46,228 nt of DNA from Candidatus Limosilactobacillus merdipullorum (lineage in GTDB: Bacteria; Bacillota; Bacilli; Lactobacillales; Lactobacillaceae): contig DXGK01000022.1 of the NCBI GenBank assembly GCA_019113965.1, positions 1 through 46,228 of the forward strand. The letters are read 5' to 3'. This document shows positions 20,782 through 29,848 of this stretch, piece after piece. Position 1 is the first letter of the stretch. The number at the start of each line of letters is the position of its first letter. The position numbers and the translations under genes are program-made. The notes beneath the pieces were generated by a model. It was given only the letters and a program-made list of their open reading frames with translations. It ran no database searches and had not been told where the DNA came from.

Positions 20782-22149
20782 CTACCAAGGTAATTTCTTG
20801 GCGTAGTCCTTTTTATTTGTTTGCCGCGAACGCGCAATGGCCATGTCAAAGCGGTCGGTATCATAAGTAATGGTCGAACCAGCAGCAATAAAGGAATCAG
20901 CGGCAATGTTTACCGGAGCAATCAGGTTAGAATTGCTGCCGATGAAGGCATGGTCGCCAACGTTGGTGTGGTGCTTCTTGGCACCGTCGTAATTGACAAA
21001 GACTACCCCGCAGCCAACATTGATGTTTTTGCCGAGCGTAGCATCGCCGACGTAGGTCAGGTGGCCAACCTTCGTGCCATCGCCAATGTAGGCCTTCTTG
21101 ATTTCGCAGAAGTTACCGATATGAACGTGCTTACCAATTTCTGCCTGGGGGCGCAGGTGACTGTTTGGCCCGATATTGCTGCCATCATGCATTTCTGCTT
21201 CTTCTAACGTGGAGGAAATGATCCGGACATCATCATGGATGACCGAGTCAACAATCCGGGAGTGAGCACCGATAAAGCAGTCGCTACCAATAACGGTATT
21301 GCCCTTGATTACTACCCCGCCTTCAATTACGGTGTCGCGGCCGACTTTGACGCCTTCATCGATGTAAGTGTGGTCAGGATCAAGCATCGAAACCCCTTCG
21401 CTCATCAGCTTGGTATTGATCCGGTGCCGCATCAGTTCGTTAGCACGGGACAAGGCAATCCGGTCATTAACCCCCATCGTCTCGTCAAAGTCATCATCAC
21501 GGTAGGCAGTGACAATTTCACCCTGCTTCTTAAGAATGCCGATCACATCGGTCAGGTAGTATTCGCCCTGGGCGTTGTCGTTGTTGATCAGCTTCAATGT
21601 TTTGAATAGTTTCTGGTTATCGAAGCAGTAAACCCCGGTGTTGATTTCGTGGATGGCGCGTTCTTCCTTAGTAGCGTCCTTTTGTTCCACGATCCGCTCA
21701 ACAATGCCCACATCATTTCTGATAATCCGGCCGTAACCAGTTGGGTCTGGAGCAGTTGACGTCAAAATCGTTGCAGCAGAGTGACGCTGTTCATGGTACT
21801 CACACAGCTTTTGGAAGGTTTCAGCCGTCAGTAGAGGTGTGTCACCACTGACCACAATTGTTTCCCCTTCTGAGTTGCCCAGCAGGTCCTTGGCCTGCAT
21901 CACGGCATGACCAGTTCCCAGCTGCTGCTTTTGCAGGGCAAAGTGGGTCCGCTCACCAAGCGCTTCCTTCACCGTATCGGCACCAAAACCAACTACCGTC
22001 ACGATATTCTTGATCTTAGCTGCCTGCAGCTGTTCAAGAACGTGTTCCACCATTGATTTACCACAAACTTGGTGCAGCACCTTATACAGCTTGGACTTCA
22101 TCCGAGTCCCTTTACCAGCTGCCAGAATAATCGCATTTCTTTCCATCAT
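20782..22149 (-). CDS. glmU: Bifunctional GlmU
   Basis: [26 protein letters not shown], hexapeptide repeats, NYDG. Confidence 0.96.
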   Translation of the reverse strand: MMERNAIILAAGKGTRMKSKLYKVLHQVCGKSMVEHVLEQLQAAKIKNIVTVVGFGADTVKEALGERTHFALQKQQLGTGHAVMQAKDLLGNSEGETIVVSGDTPLLTAETFQKLCEYHEQRHSAATILTSTAPDPTGYGRIIRNDVGIVERIVEQKDATKEERAIHEINTGVYCFDNQKLFKTLKLINNDNAQGEYYLTDVIGILKKQGEIVTAYRDDDFDETMGVNDRIALSRANELMRHRINTKLMSEGVSMLDPDHTYIDEGVKVGRDTVIEGGVVIKGNTVIGSDCFIGAHSRIVDSVIHDDVRIISSTLEEAEMHDGSNIGPNSHLRPQAEIGKHVHIGNFCEIKKAYIGDGTKVGHLTYVGDATLGKNINVGCGVVFVNYDGAKKHHTNVGDHAFIGSNSNLIAPVNIAADSFIAAGSTITYDTDRFDMAIARSRQTNKKDYAKKLPW

Positions 22150-22152
22150 CGT

Positions 22153-22992
22153 TTATTGCTCCTTTTGGTTAAAAACCTTTTCCATATAGTTGCCCGGGCC
22201 AACTTCAATCGCCGAATTGGCAGCATCCGTGGCATGAACCTTGATCAATGAAGTACAGTCCTTGACCAGCCGATCACCAGTAAACTGACCTTCAGCAAAG
22301 ACTGTCGAGCCAACCAGGTGGGCACCGAATTCCTTAATCAGCGAGTACATTCCGTTGATCGTGCCACCGCCCTTGATAAAGTCGTCAACCACAACGACGT
22401 TGGCACCCTCTGACAATGTCCGCCGCGACAGCTCCATCTTCTTGATCCGGTTGGAAGAACCAGAAACATAGTTGACACTGACCGTTGAACCCTCGGTAAT
22501 GTGCGAACTGTTACGGACAATGACAAACGGCTTGTTAAGGTACATCGCCACACTCTGGGCAATCGGAATCCCCTTCGTTTCCACCGTCATCACTACGTCA
22601 ACCTTGGTATCTTCATACTGGGTCGCAATTAATTGGCCCACCGAACGCAAAATGTCAGGCCGCCCTAACAGGTCGGACAAGTAAACGTACCCACCAGGCA
22701 GCAAGCGGCTTTTATCGTTCACCGCGTCCTCCAGCTGGGAAATTAACTCAGCCGCCCGCTCTTGCGAGTAACCAGGCGTGAACTCAGCACCCCCAGCGGC
22801 ACCAGGAAGCGTGGTCAACCGGCCAACACCCATGTTATGAAACGTCTTCCGCACGATACTTAAGTCTTCGCTGATTGAAGACTTCGCAGCACCGTAGCGT
22901 TCACCAAAAAACTTCAGAGAAACCAGCTGACGCGGGTGTTCCATGAAGTAGTGTGTCATATCAACTAAACGATTGCTCCGTCTTACTTTCAT
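22153..22992 (-). CDS. purR: Pur operon repressor (Bacillus-type PurR)
   Basis: AKSSISED HTH, GAAGG, RLLPGGY, PRT motif VVDDFIKGGGT. Confidence 0.95.
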   Translation of the reverse strand: MKVRRSNRLVDMTHYFMEHPRQLVSLKFFGERYGAAKSSISEDLSIVRKTFHNMGVGRLTTLPGAAGGAEFTPGYSQERAAELISQLEDAVNDKSRLLPGGYVYLSDLLGRPDILRSVGQLIATQYEDTKVDVVMTVETKGIPIAQSVAMYLNKPFVIVRNSSHITEGSTVSVNYVSGSSNRIKKMELSRRTLSEGANVVVVDDFIKGGGTINGMYSLIKEFGAHLVGSTVFAEGQFTGDRLVKDCTSLIKVHATDAANSAIEVGPGNYMEKVFNQKEQ

Positions 22993-23038
22993 CGCGTAAC
23001 CTTTCCTTTTCCGGACAAATAAATGAATTTACCAACAA

Positions 23039-23061
23039 ATAATACCATAATGTTCGGCTTT
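23039..23061 (-). promoter_or_regulatory. PurBox adjacent to the purR extended -10 (probable autoregulation)
   Basis: AAAGCCGAACATTA (23048-23061) versus consensus AWWWCCGAACWWT, directly followed by TGGTATTAT. Confidence 0.7.
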
Positions 23062-23194
23062 TCGTCGCTATTTTCGTCAAAAAGATTGAAAAAATCGCTA
23101 TTAGATAGTTCCTAACAACAAAAAGCGACATTCCTCCCCATTTTGGCAGAAATATCGCAATAATTTGATTTGGCATGGCTTATAGAACCCCGGC

Positions 23195-23584
23195 ATGATT
23201 CCAGCCTTGACCGGTCCGGAACGTGGTGGACACAACATCAGCTTCGCGCTGTTGTGGGGCTGGAACACTCTGACAATGTTATTGTCACACCGTGATGTTT
23301 TGATGTTTTCCCCAGCCCTAACCGGTCTGGAACGTGGTGGGCATCGTTTGAAGCCCCTCGCTTTGCGATGGTCTTCAAATCGAGCCTTTGCCTAAGCGTT
23401 GAAACGCTAAGGCAAATTTCACCACTGAGACCGGTGGCTGGGTAATCATCACTTGTTGGTTCAGTATCAGTACTTTATGGCTTAGCCCCCATAGTGCTAC
23501 GCTGATGCCTTATAATCAAAACTCATCAACACTGTTTGCTTTATCTAAAAAATATCTTAATTGATGATTCATCACCGAGCACTG
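23195..23584 (+). repeat. Nested structured repeat locus C: R1[R2[R1]]
   Basis: R1 left arm 23195-23233; R2 arms 23235-23507; intact R1 core 23321-23435 (about 103/115 identical to the locus A core); weak outer right arm 23568-23584. Confidence 0.88.
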
Positions 23585-23689
23585 CAGCGCTGACGGTTTC
23601 AACTCAAAGACCCCCAAGTTCAGCGCCATACTAGTCCATTTGTCCTCAGCTTGCCTTTCGGCGTAATACCTGTCAGACCTGACAGATAC

Positions 23690-24484
23690 TTAATTATTCA
23701 CTCGCCACCGGTACGCCAAGGCGCTGCAGTAAATCAGCACCTCGATTACCGCAATAAAGAAGCTCACCGGCCAGTTGGTCAGGTAGGCCAGGTAAAGGCC
23801 CAGCCAAGTGCCAAGCAATGAAAACAAGACCGCCAGCAACATCATTTTAGCCACCCCGTGGGTGTAGTACTTGGCACTGGCGGCCGGCAGCGTTAACAGG
23901 ATAAAGATTAGTAACGACCCAACAATTTGGGCGGCCACACTAACGGAAACTGCCACCATGATCAAAAAGGCAATCGATAACCAGCGCTGTGGCAACCCGT
24001 TTGCACGCGCCCCGATATCATCAAAGGAATCGAACTTTAACATCCGGTACAAAAGCAACAGTACGATGATTACTACGATGGACAGGATCACCAGCTGGTA
24101 AACCTCGGGCAGGCTAATCCCAACCACGCTCCCAAAAAGGATGCTGGTGGCCGAACTAGCGGTCTTATTGCTGAGGGATAGGAAGAGGATTCCTAAGCCA
24201 ATAAAGAGGGCCGACACTGCACTAATGACGGATTCTCGCCGTGTTTCATCGCTGCTCAGTTGACCAACGATAACTGAACTAAGGGTGGTAAACAAGAGCA
24301 TTCCCAACAAGGCTGGCCACTGCATAAATACAGCAAAGGCAGCGCCGGCAAACCCAATTTCTGACAGGGTGTGGGTCAAAAAAGACATATTGCGTGCGAC
24401 AACAAAGACACCGATCATCCCGCTCACCACCGCAATAATGGTGGCGGCAGCGAAGGCGTGACGCATAAAGCTTAACTGAAACAC
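23690..24484 (-). CDS. Metal (Zn/Mn) ABC transporter permease
   Basis: ZnuB/ABC-3 type: FLTHTLSE, ILFGS, QIVGSLL; GTG start. Confidence 0.9.
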   Translation of the reverse strand: MFQLSFMRHAFAAATIIAVVSGMIGVFVVARNMSFLTHTLSEIGFAGAAFAVFMQWPALLGMLLFTTLSSVIVGQLSSDETRRESVISAVSALFIGLGILFLSLSNKTASSATSILFGSVVGISLPEVYQLVILSIVVIIVLLLLYRMLKFDSFDDIGARANGLPQRWLSIAFLIMVAVSVSVAAQIVGSLLIFILLTLPAASAKYYTHGVAKMMLLAVLFSLLGTWLGLYLAYLTNWPVSFFIAVIEVLIYCSALAYRWRVNN

Positions 24485-25155
24485 TATTCGTGCCCCCCTT
24501 CGCTCACTTCTGGCAACTCACTGATGGGACCCTGCTCGTAACGCCGGGTCATCAAGTGCAGGTAGCGAGTCCCGTAATGTTTGGCCAGTTCCCAGTCGTG
24601 GGTAATGAACAGAACAGACAAGCCCTGCTGTTGGAACCGGCTTACTAAGTCGAGCAATTCATATTTCATGTCGTTATCCAGACTAGCCGTCGATTCGTCC
24701 ATAATCAGCAACTGCGGATCAGCCAACAATGCCTGGGCCAGATAAGCCCGTTGTTTTTCCCCGCCGGAAGCCAGTCCTAATGGCCGGTTGGCAATTGGGG
24801 ATAGTTTTGTTTCAGCCAAGATCTGCTGTAATCGTTGACGTTCACCGCGTGATAGCCATGGCCGAATATTTTTTGGTAGGTTGAGGGCCACAAAATCACG
24901 AATTGACAGCGGATATTCGGCATCAAGGTTGCGAAACTGCGGCACGTAACCAATTTTTAACCCCGGCTGCTTGCTGATCGTCCCTCCTTGGGGTTCCAAG
25001 AAACCTAGTAGCGAACGAACGAGAGTCGTTTTGCCCACCCCGTTTTCACCAATGACGACAAGGAAGTCGCCCTGGTTCACGGCAAAACTTAGATCACGGA
25101 CAACGGTATGGCTACCGTAACCCAGTGTTAGTTCGTCAACAGATATTAATGCGAT
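24484..25155 (-). CDS. Metal ABC transporter ATP-binding protein; apparent ATC start codon
   Basis: GENGVGKT, SGGEKQR, IMDE, ITHD. The frame extends 25 codons upstream of the track's GTG (xALISVDELTLGYGSHTVVRDLSFA) to an ATC 7 nt after GGAGG. Confidence 0.8.
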   Translation of the reverse strand: MALISVDELTLGYGSHTVVRDLSFAVNQGDFLVVIGENGVGKTTLVRSLLGFLEPQGGTISKQPGLKIGYVPQFRNLDAEYPLSIRDFVALNLPKNIRPWLSRGERQRLQQILAETKLSPIANRPLGLASGGEKQRAYLAQALLADPQLLIMDESTASLDNDMKYELLDLVSRFQQQGLSVLFITHDWELAKHYGTRYLHLMTRRYEQGPISELPEVSEGGHE

Positions 25156-26087
25156 GATAAACCCTCCCTTTCCTGAATCTTAATTAATTGCCGGTATTCA
25201 CCCAACAGCCACTTCACGTCACTAACGTTCTTGCTCTTTGTTTCGGTGACCTTTAAGACCGGCACCCTTTCTTGGTTGGCCAGGTTGACGATGTTATCAA
25301 TGGTCTTATCGCTACTCTGCGTGTTTTCAACCAGAAAGGCAATCCGGTGTTTGGTAATATCGTCTCTTAGTTGCTGGATATCGGCCGGTGAAGGATCGTT
25401 GCCGTCCTCAATGGCCTTGGCAAAGTGGGGATCGCTAATCTGATACCCCAAGTTCTTTAACGCATAGTCAAAGACCGGTTCGGTGACCGCTACCCGTTTA
25501 TTGGCAGCCGCGCGGGCATTCCTCTTAGCCCGTGCAATAGTCTGATTGAGCGGAACCAGTTCCTGCCGAAAACTTCTCGCATTCCGTCGGTAGTCATTAG
25601 CATGACGGGGGTCAAGCTTGGCATACTGCACGGCTAGTTTGTCTGCCAGTTTAGGCAGCGTTTGTGGTTGATACCAAACATGTTCGTTATCACCAGCAGT
25701 CTTTCCGGCAACTTGCCGAGAAACATTAATCGTGGTGGTGTGACGACTATTGCTGGCGACCAGTTTATTCAACCAGTAGTCATAGCCCAAGCCGTTGACC
25801 ACTACGAGGTTGGCTCGTGACACCTCTTCCGCCTGGGCGGTTGATGGTTGGTAGTCGTGAGGGTCAACTGCCGTACTATTGATAATCGTAGTAACCTGCC
25901 CGTGGCTTCCTGCAACTTTCCTGGCCACTTCGCCATAAACGCCTAGACTAGTCACCACTCTCACGGGTCGTTGGTGATGGAAAGTCGGCCGCCAGTCGGT
26001 AATCATTAAACATAAAATGACCGCTAAGACAGCAACGAGGGCGGACACCCCGCGGGCAAAGCGGTCGTTTTTCAGTCGTTTCATCAA
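25146..26087 (-). CDS. Metal ABC transporter substrate-binding protein (ZnuA/TroA family)
   Basis: DPHDYQP, NGLGYD.W, NEHVW; N-terminal membrane anchor. Confidence 0.9.
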   Translation of the reverse strand: MMKRLKNDRFARGVSALVAVLAVILCLMITDWRPTFHHQRPVRVVTSLGVYGEVARKVAGSHGQVTTIINSTAVDPHDYQPSTAQAEEVSRANLVVVNGLGYDYWLNKLVASNSRHTTTINVSRQVAGKTAGDNEHVWYQPQTLPKLADKLAVQYAKLDPRHANDYRRNARSFRQELVPLNQTIARAKRNARAAANKRVAVTEPVFDYALKNLGYQISDPHFAKAIEDGNDPSPADIQQLRDDITKHRIAFLVENTQSSDKTIDNIVNLANQERVPVLKVTETKSKNVSDVKWLLGEYRQLIKIQEREGLSSH

Positions 26088-26109
26088 TGAACTATTGTGC
26101 CTCCATTAT

Positions 26110-26961
26110 TTACAGCAACATGACCCGGTAGACTTCGCGGCAGAAACCTCGCAGGCCATTTTCCACTCGCCGGGCGCGTGACTCATTATGGCAGATGGCG
26201 AAGACAGTTGGTCCCGTCCCACTCATCTGGGCTGCATCTGCTCCCAGATTAATCATCTGCTGCTTAATCTTGCTAATTTGCGGGTACTGGGCAACCGTCA
26301 CCGGTTCTAAGACATTACCCATGTACTGGAAAGTTCCTGGCCAGTCGCCAGCCTTGATTCGCTCAATTAGTTTATCGACTTGCAGGTGATGAATTTCCTC
26401 GTAGTTAATTTGTCGCAAAATCGACGGGGTCGAAACACTGATCTTTTGCTTGGCAATTACGGCCCAGTAATGCGGGAACGAAGGTAGCAGTGTCACCTTT
26501 TCGCCGTGTCCCGTCACGTGCGCCGTTCGACTGTAAATACAGTACGGTACATCTGAATCAATGCTCAAAGAAAGCTGTGCCAATTCCTCGCAGCTTAACC
26601 CCAACTGCCAGATTTTATTAAGCGCCCGCAAAACGGCGGCTGCATCGCTGGAACCACCGCCGAGGCCCGCGGCTACCGGAATCTTCTTTTTTATGTGGAT
26701 GGTGACACCATCGGTACGGTGAAACCGGCTATGCAAGATGTGCGCCGCCTGGAAAGCCAGGTTGCGTTGGTCATTGGGCAGGTAGCAACTGTCGGTAAAC
26801 ACCCGGATTGTATCCGGCTTGCGATGCGTCTCCACTGTCACGTAATCGGCCAGGTCTACCGAAGTCATCACCATATCCCACCGGAGCAGACCATCAAAAT
26901 ACCTCATAGGGGTATCAAGCGCCAGGTTAATTTTAGCCGGTGCCTTTTCCTGCAATTTCAC
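26110..26961 (-). CDS. ispE: IspE / GHMP kinase
   Basis: APAKINL, IPVAAGLGGGSSDAA, MSGTGPT; GTG start after GGAGG. Confidence 0.9.
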   Translation of the reverse strand: MKLQEKAPAKINLALDTPMRYFDGLLRWDMVMTSVDLADYVTVETHRKPDTIRVFTDSCYLPNDQRNLAFQAAHILHSRFHRTDGVTIHIKKKIPVAAGLGGGSSDAAAVLRALNKIWQLGLSCEELAQLSLSIDSDVPYCIYSRTAHVTGHGEKVTLLPSFPHYWAVIAKQKISVSTPSILRQINYEEIHHLQVDKLIERIKAGDWPGTFQYMGNVLEPVTVAQYPQISKIKQQMINLGADAAQMSGTGPTVFAICHNESRARRVENGLRGFCREVYRVMLL

Positions 26962-27037
26962 GAAAGCCTGCCTCCCTTCAGTTTTTATTCTTAAATTATA
27001 CCGATGACTGGCGCTTGCTTTCAACAAATTAGAAAAA

Positions 27038-27177
27038 GAGAGTGGAAAAGAAGTTGCTTGCGACTTCGTCTTCCCACCCCTGCGAGGATGGAGACGACGC
27101 GAAGCTAGCCTATCGGAGGTGTTCCGAGCGTTGATTTATCAACGTTCGAAATCCAGCCAGCTACCAAGCCGCTGCAT
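27038..27177 (+). repeat. Hairpin intergenic repeat (family S), copy 2
   Basis: 27095-27177 matches the reverse complement of 1-83; extra 5' hairpin GTGG..GAAGTTGC/GCGACTTC..CCAC. Confidence 0.8.
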
Positions 27178-27191
27178 AAATATCTTAAAAA

Positions 27192-27231
27192 AGCAAAAGA
27201 GGCTGGGTTCATTCCCAGCCTCTTCTTTGCT
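27192..27231 (-). terminator. veg terminator
   Basis: AAGAGGCTGGG...CCCAGCCTCTT stem with a U-rich tail. Confidence 0.8.
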
Positions 27232-27488
27232 TACTCTTCAGTTTCTGCGGCGAGAAAATCCACCGCTATCTCTTTCGTTAAGATGTCCGTGTAAGTATAA
27301 GAAACGCAGTCCATCGTCCCCAGGGCCGATTCTGGTGCCAGCTTAACGACAAAGATTGCCGGATACGTTTCAGCAATCACCCCGCGTTGTTTCTTCATCC
27401 GGTGACGTCCTAGTTGGGCGGTAATCAAAACCGGTTGACCCTTGGACTCATTAATGCGCTCTTTAATGCCTTCCATTGTGTTTGGCAC
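27231..27488 (-). CDS. veg: Veg family protein
   Basis: AQLGR, ETYPAIFVV, VSYTYTDILT; rsmA-veg-ispE synteny; GTG start after GAGGTG. Confidence 0.9.
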   Translation of the reverse strand: MPNTMEGIKERINESKGQPVLITAQLGRHRMKKQRGVIAETYPAIFVVKLAPESALGTMDCVSYTYTDILTKEIAVDFLAAETEE

Positions 27489-27509
27489 TTCATTCACCTC
27501 GCGTGAAAC

Positions 27510-27538
27510 ATTATACATATGTTTCACACAATTGTCAA
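27510..27538 (-). promoter_or_regulatory. Consensus sigma-A promoter Pveg
   Basis: TTGACA-17bp-TATAAT, a perfect consensus match. Confidence 0.9.
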
Positions 27539-27560
27539 TTGTTACATATGTTTTTAAAAA

Positions 27561-28457
27561 CTACTTAACTAGGTTTGCTTCATGAAGCGCATTCGTCAGG
27601 TCAATAAACTGCAACAAGGTTAGCTTTTCAGGACGCACTTGCGGGTCAAGCCCCAGCTTTTGCAATACGCCATCAGCCCGACCCATAATCTCCGCATCCT
27701 TACCGAGCAGGCTCTTCAGGTTGTTGCGCAAACTTTTACGGCGGTGGGCAAAACAGCCCTTGATAACGTTAAAGAGGGTCTTTTGGCTAAACGGCAACCG
27801 CGCCAACGGCTCTTTTCGCGGCTCAATAGTGACAATCGCGGAATCGACGTTCGGTGCCGGAACAAAGGAATGCCGTGAAACACCAAAGGCAATCTGTGCC
27901 TGTCCGTGATACTGAATGGCTAACGTCAGGGCACCGTACTGCTTAGTCCCCGGTTTAGCCGCCAACCGTTCGGCAACCTCCTTTTGCATCATGACACAGA
28001 TACAATCAAAGTGGACCGGGCTGGATAACAAGCCCATGAGGATTGGACTCGTGATGTAGTATGGCAGGTTGGCAACCACCTTAAGTGGCTTGCTGGGATC
28101 AGCAAAATGCTCATTAATCAGCGCCGGCAAGTCAGCCTTTAAGATGTCCTGGTTAACCACTGTCACATTGTCATATGGTGAGAGTACATCCGCCAAGACC
28201 GGCAGGAGGCTCTGGTCAATTTCGAGGGCCAGGACCTGGTTAGCAGCCAGCGACAGTTGTTCAGTCAACGCTCCTAATCCGGGGCCAATTTCAATAACGT
28301 TGTCGTTCTTGGAAATTTCAGCGGCGGCCACAATCTTTTTTAACACGTTGACGTCGGTCAGAAAGTTCTGACCGTAACTCTTCTTGGCCCGGATACCGTA
28401 CTTCTTCAGAATTGCCTGGGTCCGGTTCAGGTTGCCAATTGCTGGTTGATTACTCAC
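27561..28457 (-). CDS. rsmA: 16S rRNA m6,2A dimethyltransferase
   Basis: [26 protein letters not shown]. Confidence 0.96.
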   Translation of the reverse strand: MSNQPAIGNLNRTQAILKKYGIRAKKSYGQNFLTDVNVLKKIVAAAEISKNDNVIEIGPGLGALTEQLSLAANQVLALEIDQSLLPVLADVLSPYDNVTVVNQDILKADLPALINEHFADPSKPLKVVANLPYYITSPILMGLLSSPVHFDCICVMMQKEVAERLAAKPGTKQYGALTLAIQYHGQAQIAFGVSRHSFVPAPNVDSAIVTIEPRKEPLARLPFSQKTLFNVIKGCFAHRRKSLRNNLKSLLGKDAEIMGRADGVLQKLGLDPQVRPEKLTLLQFIDLTNALHEANLVK

Positions 28458-29019
28458 GAGCTCCCTCCTTCTTGATTGTTGCCATCGCCAAATCGAAACT
28501 AGCCCGGCTGACCTGGAACATGTTGAGCCGTTTCAACAACTGCTTACCATTGCCATAACCAATGTTGAGCAGCTGCCCCAGCCTTTCCCGACGTTGGCGT
28601 GAACGCGTTGAGCCAACCAAACCGGCCTCTGCCAGGTCGCTACGTTGCCATATTGGACCGGTACTTGCCGGCACCGTGGTATAGAGGTGCGCTAAGGCAG
28701 CCCTAATCACTTGTGGGTCAGCGTGCTCAACGCCGAGACTGCCACCACTCTTGTCGGGGACTCCCTGCTGGCGGCTGATAAAGGCCTGCTTGACTCCCGG
28801 GATGTGCTGGCTGATGATCTTGCGCAAGCGTTCGCCATTGTAGTCCGGGTCGGTAAATACAATTAACCCCCGCTTTTTCTGCAGTTCGGCCAATCGCGAC
28901 AGGTCAGCTTCATCTAACGCCGAACCGGTGGTTTCATAGGTATCGGCATCCACCGCCTTGGCAATCTGTTTGGTATCGTCCTTTCCTTCAACGACGATCA
29001 CTTCTTTAATCTTTTTCAT
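28450..29019 (-). CDS. rnmV: Ribonuclease M5
   Basis: [19 protein letters not shown] (TOPRIM), [14 protein letters not shown]. Confidence 0.93.
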   Translation of the reverse strand: MKKIKEVIVVEGKDDTKQIAKAVDADTYETTGSALDEADLSRLAELQKKRGLIVFTDPDYNGERLRKIISQHIPGVKQAFISRQQGVPDKSGGSLGVEHADPQVIRAALAHLYTTVPASTGPIWQRSDLAEAGLVGSTRSRQRRERLGQLLNIGYGNGKQLLKRLNMFQVSRASFDLAMATIKKEGARE

Positions 29020-29839
29020 TGTTTTTAACCGCAAACAGCAGTTGAGTATTCCGGTACGTATTGTCAGCGACCTCTACCGGATCCATTTCTTTCCACTTAG
29101 CAACTGCCATCACTACAAAGCGAGAGTAACCCGGTTCATTCTGTTCACCGCGGTGTGGTTCCGGAGTGAGGTACGGGGCGTCCGTTTCTACCAGGAGACG
29201 GTCTAATGGTGTCTGCTCAACCGACTCGTGGACCTCCTTGGCGTTCTTGAAACTGGCCACGCCGGAGTAGGAGATGTGCATCCCCAGGTCTAGAAACTTG
29301 TGGAGCCATTCTGGATCGCCATTAAAGCTGTGCATCACCCCGCCAAAGTCACCCACATGGGCAGCCTTCAGCAACGGGTAGGCGTCCTCAAAGGCATCGC
29401 GGCAGTGGATGCTGACGGGAACGTTAAGCTCTTTAGCAATCTCCAACTGGCGAGCAAAGACCCGTCGCTGGACATCGCGGGGCGAGGTGTCCCAGTGGTA
29501 GTCCAAGCCAATTTCCCCCAGGCCAACAACTAGGGGGTTCTTTAAGTTGGCAATCAGTTCATCCTCGGCTGCCTGGTCATAATTCTTGGAATCTTCCGGA
29601 TGCCAGCCAACGATAGCGTGCAGCTGAGGGTATTGTTCTGCCAACTGCAGTGCCCGGTCATTGAGTTTTTTGTTAGAACCAACAATGTTCATTTCAACGA
29701 CCCCGAGGTTAGCTGCTCGCTTCATCCACTTCGGCACGTCGTTGAAAAAGGCATCATCGTTTAAATGGGTATGCGAATCATAAACCCGCATCTCCGGGAT
29801 GTTGGTATCAACTAGGGTTGGGTCTTTTTTCTTACTCAC
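29006..29839 (-). CDS. tatD: TatD family nuclease
   Basis: DSHTH, GEIGLDY, IHCR, HSF, ETDAPY. Confidence 0.92.
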   Translation of the reverse strand: MSKKKDPTLVDTNIPEMRVYDSHTHLNDDAFFNDVPKWMKRAANLGVVEMNIVGSNKKLNDRALQLAEQYPQLHAIVGWHPEDSKNYDQAAEDELIANLKNPLVVGLGEIGLDYHWDTSPRDVQRRVFARQLEIAKELNVPVSIHCRDAFEDAYPLLKAAHVGDFGGVMHSFNGDPEWLHKFLDLGMHISYSGVASFKNAKEVHESVEQTPLDRLLVETDAPYLTPEPHRGEQNEPGYSRFVVMAVAKWKEMDPVEVADNTYRNTQLLFAVKNNEKD

Positions 29840-29848
29840 AATGTCACC

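Noticed and set aside
23195-23395. 66-aa ORF with repeated PALTGxERGGH; also ORFs 16071-16256, 41603-41842 and 41796-42035
   Set aside because: By-products of the DNA repeats; no clear RBS, and the frame is not maintained across copies.
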